Positions 39,080 through 48,775 of a stretch of 64,000 nucleotides of DNA are shown one piece after another. Under the pieces are notes generated by a model that did no database searches, had not been told where the DNA came from, and saw nothing but the letters and a program-made list of their open reading frames with translations. Numbering within the stretch: the first letter of the stretch is position 1; the number at the start of each line of letters is the position of its first letter. Origin of the DNA: Dehalococcoidia bacterium (GTDB lineage: Bacteria > Chloroflexota > Dehalococcoidia > Plut-88900); the NCBI GenBank assembly GCA_965249275.1, contig CBDFLQ010000007.1, positions 160,001-224,000 of the forward strand, read 5' to 3'. The translations under genes were made by a program, and so were the position numbers.

Positions 39080-40313
39080 CGGTAATAAAGACAAGAGCGG
39101 GAACACTTACGACCTGGTAGTGGTCGGTGCGGGAATCGCGGGGGCGAGTCTCGCCGTCTCTATGGCGAGAGCCGGGTATGGCGTACTGCTGGTCGAGGCG
39201 ACCACGGAGTTCAGGGACAGGGTCAGGGGGGAGTTCATCTTCCCGTGGGGCGTGGTCGAGGCGACAGCCTTGGGAATCTACGACGACATAGTCGGGGCGG
39301 GGGGACATCGGGTCCTGTGGCTGGATATGTACGGAGGCCCGAAGCGGATGTTCCACGGCGACTTGGTGAACGACACGGGCGCCGGTGTATCGGCGCTTAC
39401 GTTCTACCACCCGACGCTGCAGAAGAGTTTGATAGAGGCGGCAATTAGGGCAGGGGTTACGGTGTTGCGGGGAAGTCGGGTGAAGGAGTTGGAGAGGCAG
39501 GGTGGTGTGCTAACGGTGCGAGTCGATGGGGATAACTCCGAGAAGGTGAATTGCAGGATGCTGGTTGGGGCGGATGGCCGGGCCTCGCAGACCCGGGCAC
39601 TGGGCGGCTTTCAAGTGAACAAGGACCCGGAATCGAACCTCGTGGCCGGGCTGCTCTTCGACGACATGGGTGTCGCCGACGATGCAGCGCACCACTGGGC
39701 CAACCCCAATGCGGGGCTGGCGGCCATACTGTTTCCACAAGGCCTGGGTCGGGTGCGGGCCTACTTATGCCATCGATGGGATGCAGGTTATAGACTCAGC
39801 GGCGCGAAAGACGAAGAACGCTTCATCGAGGGGTTCCTGTCAACGGGCGCGCCGGAGGACGTATTTACGGGGGCGAGGCCTACGGGGCCTCTTGCCACTT
39901 TCGATGGGGCGCACGCGTGGGTCGATCACCCCTTTAAGGACGGTATTGCGTTAATCGGGGATGCGGCCTCGACGGGGGACCCGACGTGGGGACAAGGGCT
40001 TTCGACTAGTTTGCGGGATGCCCGGTTGTTGAGGGATGCTTTGGTCTCGAATCAGGATTGGGAGCAGGCGGGGCATTCGTATTCCGCTGCTCATGACGCG
40101 TTCTATGCGATCAACCACACTTTCGAGGTCTGGACGTCCCATCTGCTGATGGACCCCAAGTCTCGGGACCTGCGGGCCCGGGTGGTGCCCAAGATGAAGC
40201 TGGACCCCTTTGGACACCTCCACGCGTTCTACCTCGGGCCTGACAGGGCTCTCGACGAGCAGGCGCGTATCAATTTCTTCGCTGAGGTGGAGGATGTAAG
40301 TGTTCCGGGCTAG
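39063..40313 (+). CDS. FAD-dependent monooxygenase/oxidoreductase
   Basis: VVGAGIAG, VGADG, LIGDAA...PTWGQG motifs; overlaps the upstream gene by 17 nt. Confidence 0.88.
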   Translation: MATVHNGNKDKSGNTYDLVVVGAGIAGASLAVSMARAGYGVLLVEATTEFRDRVRGEFIFPWGVVEATALGIYDDIVGAGGHRVLWLDMYGGPKRMFHGDLVNDTGAGVSALTFYHPTLQKSLIEAAIRAGVTVLRGSRVKELERQGGVLTVRVDGDNSEKVNCRMLVGADGRASQTRALGGFQVNKDPESNLVAGLLFDDMGVADDAAHHWANPNAGLAAILFPQGLGRVRAYLCHRWDAGYRLSGAKDEERFIEGFLSTGAPEDVFTGARPTGPLATFDGAHAWVDHPFKDGIALIGDAASTGDPTWGQGLSTSLRDARLLRDALVSNQDWEQAGHSYSAAHDAFYAINHTFEVWTSHLLMDPKSRDLRARVVPKMKLDPFGHLHAFYLGPDRALDEQARINFFAEVEDVSVPG

Positions 40314-40447
40314 GGATCTCTGCATACTCACCTTGCGGACAAATATTGAGGTGGAAGTGAGTTGCATTCCTAGTCGGGAATCCCCAACCCTAGATTCCCG
40401 ATTTCTCGGGAATGCCGGTTACATAAAAGCCCCATATATTGGGAATA

Positions 40448-41212
40448 ATGACCGCAAATAACCTGCAACGAACCTACCTGGACGGCCGGCATTACGATCT
40501 GGCCTATGGCAACTTTACGGAAGACGTCGATTTCTGGGTCGGGCAGGCGAGGCGTTATGGCGGGCCGGTCCTGGAGTTAGCTTGCGGTGCGGGTCGGATC
40601 GCGATACCGCTGGCCCACGAAGGGTTTGATGTGACGGGTATCGACCTTGCGGAGTCGATGCTGGAGCAGGCGGGGAGGAACTCCTCGGAGGAGGGGCTGG
40701 ACGTCGAGTGGGTGAAGGCAGATATGCGGTACTTTGACCTTGGGAAGACCTTTCCCCTAATCATCTGCCCATCCCAGAGCATCTCCCGTATGCTGACCAT
40801 TGAGGACCTGGAGGAGTGCCTGTCCCGGGTGAAGGAGCATCTAGCGCCGGGGGGTCTGTTCATAATGGAGCTGTATAACCCCTCGATGGAGATTCTGAAT
40901 CGGGGGGAGGGGGAGAGGTCGCCCTTCCTGGAATACGAACACCCCGACGGCGATGGAATAGTGCGGGTAGACTTCAGCAGCGTCTACGATACCGCGACCC
41001 AGGTGCAGCACCTGATGCTCCACTACTCGCTGCTCGGCGTGGAAGAGCAGCCGGCCGAGCAGATTAGCATTCGGATGTACTTCCCGCTGGAGCTGGAGGC
41101 TCTGCTCAAGTACAACGGGTTCGAGGTGCGGGCCAAGTATGGGGATTTTGAGTGCAAGTCTTTCGAGTCGGGGGATAATCACCAGATTCTGGTGTGTGGG
41201 GTGGGTGGGTAG
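40448..41212 (+). CDS. Class I SAM-dependent methyltransferase
   Basis: VLELACGAGR, GIDLAESML, ADMRYF, HLAPGG. Confidence 0.9.
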   Translation: MTANNLQRTYLDGRHYDLAYGNFTEDVDFWVGQARRYGGPVLELACGAGRIAIPLAHEGFDVTGIDLAESMLEQAGRNSSEEGLDVEWVKADMRYFDLGKTFPLIICPSQSISRMLTIEDLEECLSRVKEHLAPGGLFIMELYNPSMEILNRGEGERSPFLEYEHPDGDGIVRVDFSSVYDTATQVQHLMLHYSLLGVEEQPAEQISIRMYFPLELEALLKYNGFEVRAKYGDFECKSFESGDNHQILVCGVGG

Positions 41213-41464
41213 GGCTTGAGCAGTTGCGCACTACTACCTTTGCTCCATCAATACAGGCGTACTCTTCACTTGGCATCTGATATCACCCTCACCGATCGAG
41301 GGGTCTTTGCGTAACTGCACAACAAGCCTCATTTGCTATTCTGATCGGCGTTTCCCCTCCACCGCTCATACTTCGACGGGGCTCAGCACGAGCGGCCCCG
41401 GCCGCTCCTGGACAGATTATGCAAAAGGGGCTTGTTGGGGGAGAGGGGATAGAGAAAGCGAGTA

Positions 41465-42712
41465 ATGACGGTAGATTCACAGGGCCTCGGCGTAGAGACT
41501 GAGGAGAAGATTGGGTTTCGGTGGGTGGTCTTAACTCACTTGGGGCTGGCCAATGGGACCGTGGTCCTGTTCGTATTGTCGCTGGGGGTTATGCTCCCCT
41601 CTATCTCCAAAGACCTTGGACTTTCTCCTACCATGCAGGGATTGCTGGGGTCGTCGGCGCTGTTCGGGAACCTCGTATTGGCGCTGCCGTTGAGTATCGT
41701 GCTGTCGCGGTACAGCGGGAGGATAGTCCTGCTGGGGGCGCTTGTTGCCATGAGCGTGTTCGGGGTCGGGCAGGCATGGGCGCCGGTGTTTGCAATATTG
41801 CTGATAAGCCGGTGGCTGTTCGGGCAGGCTGCCGCCGCGATGCATCCGGCGCGTACGCTGCTCATAAACCAGTGGTTCCCGAGGCGCGAGATCATCTTCG
41901 CCAATGGCTTATTCAACGGAACCTACGGCATCGCAGCTTTGATGGCCCTGGGGCTTCTTCCCTTTGTCCTGGAATGGCTGGATGGCAATTGGCGGTTGGT
42001 CATCCTGATAAGCTCACTGCCGATATTCGTATTTACAATCGCGTGGGCGGTGCAGGGCCGACGCCAGGGAGCGGCGGCGTCGGCGGCCCTGGGGGGTAAA
42101 GAGTCCCTCAACTTAGGCAAAACCCTCGGGCGGCACCGTGTTTTGTGGGTGGTAGGGCTGGGGATGATGGGCCTGAACCTGACGTGGAGTTCGCTGATCA
42201 CCTTTTGGCCCACACTGCTGCTGGAAGAGTACGGTTTTTCCGTCAAGACATCCGGGCAGATGTTTGCGATGGCGGCGATGTTGGAGGGCGCCGGGAGCGT
42301 GGCGGTCGGGTATTTCGTGGCTAAGTGGGCTCACAGGGACTTTATGGGCCCATCCATTGCGGTATTGGGGACATTGGTCTGTGTGGGCTCGGTGGGGATG
42401 GCCTGGACGGGAAACCTGCCGTTACTTATCATTTTCGCTCTCATGCACGGAATCGGGTTTTCCCTGGTCCCCTTTGTCTGGACGCTGCCCTACAGGCTCC
42501 CAGGTTTCGGGGCACGGGACATAGCCGTAGGCATAGGCTTCATCGAGACGTGCCTACTTGCCGGAGGGGCTATCGGCCCGGCCCTTACGGGCTTTCTGCA
42601 GGACTCGACCGGAGACTTGCGGCTGGCGATGATCATCACCTGCTCGTTCTCGGCGGCGATAGCCGTGTCCGGGGTCCTGGTGACCGCCAACGGATTCAGG
42701 CGGAAGAGCTAG
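41465..42712 (+). CDS. MFS transporter
   Basis: About 12 hydrophobic helices; QWFPRRE and GPALTGFLQD motifs. Confidence 0.85.
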   Translation: MTVDSQGLGVETEEKIGFRWVVLTHLGLANGTVVLFVLSLGVMLPSISKDLGLSPTMQGLLGSSALFGNLVLALPLSIVLSRYSGRIVLLGALVAMSVFGVGQAWAPVFAILLISRWLFGQAAAAMHPARTLLINQWFPRREIIFANGLFNGTYGIAALMALGLLPFVLEWLDGNWRLVILISSLPIFVFTIAWAVQGRRQGAAASAALGGKESLNLGKTLGRHRVLWVVGLGMMGLNLTWSSLITFWPTLLLEEYGFSVKTSGQMFAMAAMLEGAGSVAVGYFVAKWAHRDFMGPSIAVLGTLVCVGSVGMAWTGNLPLLIIFALMHGIGFSLVPFVWTLPYRLPGFGARDIAVGIGFIETCLLAGGAIGPALTGFLQDSTGDLRLAMIITCSFSAAIAVSGVLVTANGFRRKS

Positions 42713-43845
42713 AGTCCGTAAATATCCCGGACGTTGAGGCCCATCACCTTTGCCTGATCGTCGGGGGAAAGCTCGCTGAGGCTCTCCCTTAGCCTTGCCA
42801 CGGGTTCCTCGCAGGAGTCGCTGTGGGGGTAGTCGAAGGCCCAGACCAGCCTGTCGGCGCCCATTAGCTTGGCCGTGGCGGCGCCGAGTTCGTCGTCGGG
42901 TTCCATGGAAATCCAGCCTCGTTCGTTGAAGTAATCGCTGGGCTTGTTCTTCAGGTCGGTCGTGAAGCCGATGAGCTCAAAGGTCTCGTCCATTCTTTCG
43001 AGGAAGTAGGGCATCCAGAGACAGCCTGATTCGAGGATGAGGATCTTGAGGTCGGGGAACCTGTCGAATACCGTGCCCTGGAAGAAGCTGCAGAAGCTGT
43101 TCATTAGCTCGGTGGACTCGACGGTGAAGGTCCACCATGAAGGGTGTTTGATCTCCGGGTGCAGCAGCTTCGATGCGGAAGTACCTGCGGAGCCGACGTG
43201 GAGGGAGACGGGGATGTCCTGTTCCTGGTGCTCGGCCCACAGGGCGTCCCAATGAGTCGAACCGAAAGATATGTCCTTGGCAGGACCAGAGGGGGCCTGA
43301 ACGGCCTTCTTTTCGAGGCCGGAGAAACGCTGCATCTCCCGGACGCTGAGGTCGACGTCGTGCCAGGGGAGGGTGAGAGCGGGCATAAGGCGGTCGGGGT
43401 GGGCTGAGCAGAAGTCGACGATCCAGTCGTTGTAGACGCTGCAGTAGGCGGCGGAGAGCTTGGCGTCTTCCATACGGGCGAAGGCGAGGCCGAGAGTGGG
43501 GTAGAGGATACTCATGTCGATGCCCTCGGAGGTCATCATCTTGACCCGCTCGTCGGGGTCCCAGGCTCCGGGGACATGGGAGAGGGCCTGCTCCCAGGTG
43601 ATGTCGCGCTTATCGAAGACGTGCTCCTTGCGCCACTCGCGGGTCGTGCCTATGGCGGCGACGTTGGCGCTTCGGCCCTTGGAGTAGGTGCTGATGGCCT
43701 TTCCATCGAAGCTCCAGAACTCAAGTCCCTCCTCGTCGATCTCGATGCGGAGAGCGCGGGACTTGAATTCGGGTGCGATGTTGTCGGACCAGAGGGAAGC
43801 GGGTTCGAGGATGTGGCCGTCTACGTCGATAACCTGGGCTGTCAT
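42709..43845 (-). CDS. Amidohydrolase family protein (Amidohydro_2)
   Basis: IDVDGHILEP, YNDW, LESGCLW, WAFDYPHSD; paralog of 20822..21958. Confidence 0.9.
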   Translation of the reverse strand: MTAQVIDVDGHILEPASLWSDNIAPEFKSRALRIEIDEEGLEFWSFDGKAISTYSKGRSANVAAIGTTREWRKEHVFDKRDITWEQALSHVPGAWDPDERVKMMTSEGIDMSILYPTLGLAFARMEDAKLSAAYCSVYNDWIVDFCSAHPDRLMPALTLPWHDVDLSVREMQRFSGLEKKAVQAPSGPAKDISFGSTHWDALWAEHQEQDIPVSLHVGSAGTSASKLLHPEIKHPSWWTFTVESTELMNSFCSFFQGTVFDRFPDLKILILESGCLWMPYFLERMDETFELIGFTTDLKNKPSDYFNERGWISMEPDDELGAATAKLMGADRLVWAFDYPHSDSCEEPVARLRESLSELSPDDQAKVMGLNVRDIYGL

Positions 43846-44030
43846 GGTGTTGCCGCCTTTCGGGGTTTGGTGGGGTGGGCATTATGAGGGGAGCGTGGGG
43901 CTGAGAAACGTGAGTGGGCAAGTCCTAGATTCCTCGCGGAGCCGCGGAATGACATGGCTAAAGGAGCGTTCTTCGGATGGCAGGGTGTGAGGGACATTTG
44001 GGTGGTAATGCTAGACATAATGATAGTGAT

Positions 44031-44483
44031 TCAAGACTCGGGGGTGGGGGTGGGGCGGGTGCGGGGGTCGAGGCGGAGGGCGATGATGAAGAGTCCGCCG
44101 GTGGATGCGCCGACTACGGCGAAGATGCCAGCCCCTTCAAAGCCGCCGAGGAAACCGCCCACGACTGCGCCGATTACAGTGGCGACCGCGGCAATGAGGT
44201 ACTTAACGCCGATCCCCAGACTCGTCATCAGGACGGTCAAAATGCCGGCCAGGATGCCGATGACTATGCCGATGACTGCCACGGCCGCGGCAACCCGCAA
44301 TACTTCTGCTGAACCTCCCATGACGAGGCCCATTAGAGCGCCCAGAATAGCCCCTGATAGTGCCCCGGCAATCGCACCGACAACGAATCCGATTGCCAGC
44401 ACGAGGACGCCTTTGGACAGCCTGACGCCTATTGCCTGGAGGCGATGGGAGTTCGTGAGGGTGATGTTGTCTTGGGTGTTCAA
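44031..44483 (-). CDS. Hypothetical Gly-rich membrane protein (glycine-zipper-like)
   Basis: Repeated GxxxG motifs in hydrophobic helices; TTG start. Confidence 0.6.
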   Translation of the reverse strand: MNTQDNITLTNSHRLQAIGVRLSKGVLVLAIGFVVGAIAGALSGAILGALMGLVMGGSAEVLRVAAAVAVIGIVIGILAGILTVLMTSLGIGVKYLIAAVATVIGAVVGGFLGGFEGAGIFAVVGASTGGLFIIALRLDPRTRPTPTPES

Positions 44484-44632
44484 GTCGGCTTTGTTATTGG
44501 GGTACGGGTTTGTAGTGTCGGGGTTATCTTAAAGCACGGGGGAAAGGCACGCCAAGCGCGGGAAGGGTGGGGGGGTTGGCAACGATTGAGTCGGATTGAC
44601 TACCGGTTGACATGGGATTGGGTGCGATTGGG

Positions 44633-44716
44633 GGATGATTGGACTTGATTGAGGGACGATTGGACTTGATTGAAGGATGATTAGACTTGATTGAAGGATG
44701 ATTGGACTTGATTGAA
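44633..44716. repeat. Tandem repeat 4 x 21 bp (GGATGATTGGACTTGATTGAA)
   Basis: Units at 44633, 44654, 44675, 44696, each at most 1 mismatch from consensus. Confidence 0.92.
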
Positions 44717-44853
44717 GCTCGATTGAATTCGTAGCTGTTTTGATTGAATGACGCCTGAAAGGAAAATAAAAGGCGGCAGAGCGGTTTTTGAGTGGGGGGA
44801 TGGGTGGTGGAGATTGACATAAGCGTAGTGGGGAAGGAGAGGGATGGAGGGGG

Positions 44854-45162
44854 TTAAAAGCTCAGGGCGCGTTGCAGTTTGTGGTTAAGGGCCTGAAGGG
44901 CAGAACGCCGGCGGGGATGATTGGCGGGGAGTTCGGAGATGAAGATGAGAGTTTCGATGATGGAGGCGGATGAGCCGCGTTGGGTCTTCTTGCTGCGGCG
45001 GGCGTTGCGCTGGAAGTTCAAAAACCAGCGATAGAGGTCGGGATAGGGGGCGAGGGCGGGAAGGAGGGTTTCCTGGACGTATTTGGATGCAAGGCCGTGT
45101 CGCAGGCGGTTTCGGTTTCCTCTAGGTGCGCCCGCTCCGGGGCGGGATCCTCCACTGGGCAT
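44854..45162 (-). CDS. Small basic hypothetical protein with GGSRPGAGAPRGNRNRLRHG motif (terminase-small-subunit/AT-hook-like)
   Basis: ATG 45162 after AAGGAGG; 102 aa, Arg/Lys-rich; N-terminus resembles GAPxGNxNxxKHG motifs. Confidence 0.65.
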   Translation of the reverse strand: MPSGGSRPGAGAPRGNRNRLRHGLASKYVQETLLPALAPYPDLYRWFLNFQRNARRSKKTQRGSSASIIETLIFISELPANHPRRRSALQALNHKLQRALSF

Positions 45163-45303
45163 AGGGTTATGATCCTCCTTATTCGAATAAATGTTCTGTA
45201 ATGATAAGGCATACAGGGGCACGTGGCAAGGGGTTCGTGTCACATGGGGGAGGGGGGTGTTAGACTAGCGCGCCCGAACTTTCAAGCAGGCGGTGTCCTA
45301 TTG

Positions 45304-46929
45304 ATGTTCAATCGTCTTCGTCGTATCCGAAAACCGATGTTTCTGGCCGTAGGTGTCGCCGTGGTCATGCTGGCGTCGCTGGGGGTGATTGCGGGGTGTG
45401 AGGGAGGAGGGGAGGACGAGGTGGCAACCCCTGTTGTAGAGCTGACACCGGTGGCGGTGTCGAGCCCCGGGGCTACGGAAGCTGCATCTACTGAAACGGC
45501 GACGCCTGCGATCTCGAAACCCGATCCCACTGTGTCGGCGGAGACGGGTGAGAGTGGGATGGTGGACCTGCTGCACCGGCTGAGCCAGGACCGGCTGAGC
45601 AACCCCGGAAATCTAACTGCTCAAACCGCCCTTCGGGAGATCGCGGATTCGGGGGACACGGCGCTTGTTGCTGCGCTGACGGACCTTATCCAGGTGCTGT
45701 TGACCCGTAATGAACTGCTCTTCAACGCGGAGCAGGTAATTCCCGTCATGCAACAGCTCTCGGGGCAGAGTTTCGAATATGACGGCAAGGCGTGGGTCGA
45801 ATGGCTGGCTCAACAACCCGACTTAGAGCTGCCAGAGGGATATTTCCAGTGGAAGGTGGACTTGCTGAGCGATATCGATCCCCCGTTCAGGAGCTACTTC
45901 ACCTCGGGTGACGGCGAACTGATAAACCCTGCGACGATAGATCTGGACCTGAGGTTTTTGGTATGGGGCGGGGTGTTACAGGACGATGGGTCGTCGAGAT
46001 CGATTCCTTCGCTGGTGAACCCGGCGATGGTCGAGGGGGATGAGGCGGCCTACCTGGAAAGCACCGACCGCGTCTTCGGGGTGTCCATAAACGGAGATGC
46101 AAGGGCCTATCCGTTGCGGATCATGAACTGGCACGAGATGGCGAACGACGTGGTGGGTGGGGTCCCGGTGGCGCTTGCCTACTGCACTCTCTGCGGTTCC
46201 GGCATTTTGTACGATACCGACGTGGACGGGCACACATACACATTCAGAAGCTCGGGGTTGCTGTATTTCAGCAACAAGCTGATGTACGACCTGACCACCG
46301 GCGGCCTGTGGAACCAGTTCACCGGCGTGCCAGTGACGGGGTCGCTGGTCGACTCGGGAGTGCGGCTGAATATACGGCCGGTGACTCTGACCACGTGGGG
46401 CGACTGGTTAGCCATGCATCCCGATACGCTGGCACTAGACATAAATACGGGATACCCGCGCAACTACTCGTCGGAAGGGGAGTTCGGGGCGGCGTACACG
46501 GACTACTTTGGGAGTGAGGAACTGTGGTTCCCTGTCGGTGAGTACGACGAACGGCTGCAAGTGAAGGACGTTGTGTACGGAATTGAAATAGACGGAAATG
46601 GTAAGGCTTATCCGGTGGAGGTTGTGGGTAGTGAAGGATTGGTGAACGATGAGATCGGCGGGACTGAACTAGTGCTTGTGGGGAATCCGGGGACAAATGC
46701 CGTAGTTGCATACGAGCGCGCGGGAGTGAGGTTCGTCAGCCTTCTTGGCGAGGAGGGAAGAACGACGCTGGTGGATGAGAACGGAGTAGAGTGGCTGGTG
46801 GGGGACGCAAGCCTGGAAGCGTTGGATGGCAGCGGCGACGAGCTGGCGCGGATTGCGGGCCGGACCAGTTTCTGGTTCGGGTGGCGGGCGTTCTTCCCGG
46901 AGACGGAGTTGTATGGGGGTGGGGGGTAG
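45304..46929 (+). CDS. DUF3179-domain protein, probable lipoprotein
   Basis: Lipobox IAGC after a hydrophobic stretch; RAYPLRIMNWHEMAND, YCTLCGS, SNKLMYD, FWFGW motifs. Confidence 0.85.
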   Translation: MFNRLRRIRKPMFLAVGVAVVMLASLGVIAGCEGGGEDEVATPVVELTPVAVSSPGATEAASTETATPAISKPDPTVSAETGESGMVDLLHRLSQDRLSNPGNLTAQTALREIADSGDTALVAALTDLIQVLLTRNELLFNAEQVIPVMQQLSGQSFEYDGKAWVEWLAQQPDLELPEGYFQWKVDLLSDIDPPFRSYFTSGDGELINPATIDLDLRFLVWGGVLQDDGSSRSIPSLVNPAMVEGDEAAYLESTDRVFGVSINGDARAYPLRIMNWHEMANDVVGGVPVALAYCTLCGSGILYDTDVDGHTYTFRSSGLLYFSNKLMYDLTTGGLWNQFTGVPVTGSLVDSGVRLNIRPVTLTTWGDWLAMHPDTLALDINTGYPRNYSSEGEFGAAYTDYFGSEELWFPVGEYDERLQVKDVVYGIEIDGNGKAYPVEVVGSEGLVNDEIGGTELVLVGNPGTNAVVAYERAGVRFVSLLGEEGRTTLVDENGVEWLVGDASLEALDGSGDELARIAGRTSFWFGWRAFFPETELYGGGG

Positions 46930-46946
46930 CTCACCGGTAGTGAATT

Positions 46947-47309
46947 CTACGTACAGCTAGACGGGGTATTCAAGGAATTGTTATTACTGTCGTTTTTACT
47001 GGCGGCAATTAATTCATCGTAGTCTCTTCGCGCCTTTTCGTAGCGAGCCTCTGCTTGGTGTAATTCTGCTATGGTAAAATCCTTACCCTTTTCAATCTCT
47101 TGCCGATAGTTGTCACCGTGTTTACTCTTCATCTTGTGATGGTGCAAATGGCTCGATCGCGCAGCCTCGGCTTTCCTCCAATCGGAGAGCGCGTTGTGGG
47201 CGTTATTCTCGCAACCACTTAATCGACGAACAGCCTCATCGAGGCGGCGTCTCGCTTCATTGATATCCATACTCTTATCTATACGGCTTTCACAAGCGTA
47301 GATATTCAC
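46947..47309 (-). CDS. Hypothetical protein (helical, lower GC than flanks)
   Basis: 120-aa ORF in visibly AT-richer DNA; no recognised motif. Confidence 0.45.
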   Translation of the reverse strand: MNIYACESRIDKSMDINEARRRLDEAVRRLSGCENNAHNALSDWRKAEAARSSHLHHHKMKSKHGDNYRQEIEKGKDFTIAELHQAEARYEKARRDYDELIAASKNDSNNNSLNTPSSCT

Positions 47310-47350
47310 ATCTTCGAAATGGGACTATAGATTATGGGCAGGTTGGGTTT

Positions 47351-48295
47351 TCAGCGGTAGTGGACGTAGCCGCCGAGGCGGGATTCGACGGATTCGGCGA
47401 TTTCTTCTGCGAAGGAGGAGCCGACTCGGGAGAAGAGTTTTTGGAAGAGGGGTCGGCGGGGGCGAGCGTAGACGACCTTGGGGGGAACCTCGCCGAGCTC
47501 AGATGCGAGCTCGATGGCTCGGTCCATGTCGGCGACTTCGTCGATAAGGCGGTACTCGGCGGCCCTTCTGCCGGTGAAGACCTCGCCGGTGGCGTATTTG
47601 AGGACGTTGTCCCGGGACATGCCTCGGGACCTGGCGACAAGGTCGACGAAATTGTCGAAGAACTGGCCGATCAGCTCGTCCCGCTTCTTCAGCTCTTCAT
47701 TGGTCGGGTCGCGGTAAAGGGCGCCCATGTCCTTATAAGGCCCGCTCTTGGAGACGGTGACGTCGATCCCGATGCGCTTGAGCAGGTCTTTTGCCACCGG
47801 GCCGATGGAGATCACGCCAATGGAGCCGATGATGGAGCTGGGAAGTGCGATGATCTTGGTGGCCCCGCAGGCGACCATATACGACCCGGAAGCGCCAACG
47901 CCCCTGACAAAGGCGATTACGGGTTTCCTGGCAGCCAGGCGAGACACGGCTCCGTAGAGGTACTCGGAGGCAGGGGCAGAGCCGCCGGGGGAATCGATCT
48001 CGATGATGACGGCGCGGACACGCTTGTCGGTCTTGAGGGTATCAATAAGGCGAACGGACTCGCCGACCTTGGCGCCGCCCTGAATCGCGCCGAAAAGCTC
48101 GACGATGGCGATGCGGGGCTGTATAGGCAGCGCGAGGCCCCAGATCGAAGGGCGCGACTCCACGGTGGCGGAAGCGGCCTCGGCGTTGGGGACGTAGGCG
48201 GTTGCAGCCGAGGCAGCGCGTCGGACGACCTCATATCCTATTCCGGCGGCGGTAAGGCCGAGCGGAAGCAGGTACGAATCTTTTGGAAACTTCAT
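47351..48295 (-). CDS. sppA: Signal peptide peptidase SppA (S49)
   Basis: IDSPGGS, ASGSYMVA, IGSIGV, KSGPYKD, GEVFTG, LIDEV. Confidence 0.9.
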   Translation of the reverse strand: MKFPKDSYLLPLGLTAAGIGYEVVRRAASAATAYVPNAEAASATVESRPSIWGLALPIQPRIAIVELFGAIQGGAKVGESVRLIDTLKTDKRVRAVIIEIDSPGGSAPASEYLYGAVSRLAARKPVIAFVRGVGASGSYMVACGATKIIALPSSIIGSIGVISIGPVAKDLLKRIGIDVTVSKSGPYKDMGALYRDPTNEELKKRDELIGQFFDNFVDLVARSRGMSRDNVLKYATGEVFTGRRAAEYRLIDEVADMDRAIELASELGEVPPKVVYARPRRPLFQKLFSRVGSSFAEEIAESVESRLGGYVHYR

Positions 48296-48765
48296 TGGTC
48301 CTCCCGATGGGTGACGTTAGATTTTAGAAATTGTCTGAGCAATATATGAAGGGCGGTGGGGTTGTCGCGACGTAAGGAAAGGAGTCGAAGGAGATAGACA
48401 AAGGCGGCAAATCCAATCACCCCACCCCCAACACCGAAGCCGAGGACATCGTAAAGGCATCCGTCCCAGAATCGGACACCCGTGCCCTCTGGGCAGAGAA
48501 GGGTATCGGCGATGAAGACTCCGAGCACACCAAAGGCAAAGATAAAAAACAATGCCGCCATAAATCGTTCTACGCTCCAGGCTCTCAGATGGGCCCCTAA
48601 CCTGGAGGAGAGCGCCTTGAGCAGTCTGTGCCGGTAGACGGGGCGTGGGACGACAGCACGCTGCGGCGGAGCAAAGAGTGCTTCTCTCCGGTTTGGAGGC
48701 GCGTCGTCGGCGATTTCAGCTGGGGTAGTGTCTCCGTTGGGGTTGTTTTCTGGCAAACCGATCAT
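48292..48765 (-). CDS. Hypothetical membrane protein (2 TM)
   Basis: Two hydrophobic segments; 4-nt overlap with sppA start. Confidence 0.6.
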   Translation of the reverse strand: MIGLPENNPNGDTTPAEIADDAPPNRREALFAPPQRAVVPRPVYRHRLLKALSSRLGAHLRAWSVERFMAALFFIFAFGVLGVFIADTLLCPEGTGVRFWDGCLYDVLGFGVGGGVIGFAAFVYLLRLLSLRRDNPTALHILLRQFLKSNVTHREDQ

Positions 48766-48775
48766 CTTCCTGAGG

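Noticed and set aside
37634-39106. 490-aa minus-strand ORF and other long antisense ORFs (1334, 9889, 29387, 47360, 52659)
   Set aside because: Shadow ORFs opposite well-supported genes, expected at high GC
44524-44820. 98-aa ORF with SIKSNHP repeats
   Set aside because: Low complexity and no clear RBS; DNA-level phasing explains the pattern, though translation cannot be excluded
44854-45162. Prophage
   Set aside because: Only a short terminase-small-like motif; no large terminase, portal, capsid or integrase in the window
45304-46929. Selenocysteine recoding in the DUF3179 gene
   Set aside because: The CxxC motif uses TGC codons and there is no in-frame TGA
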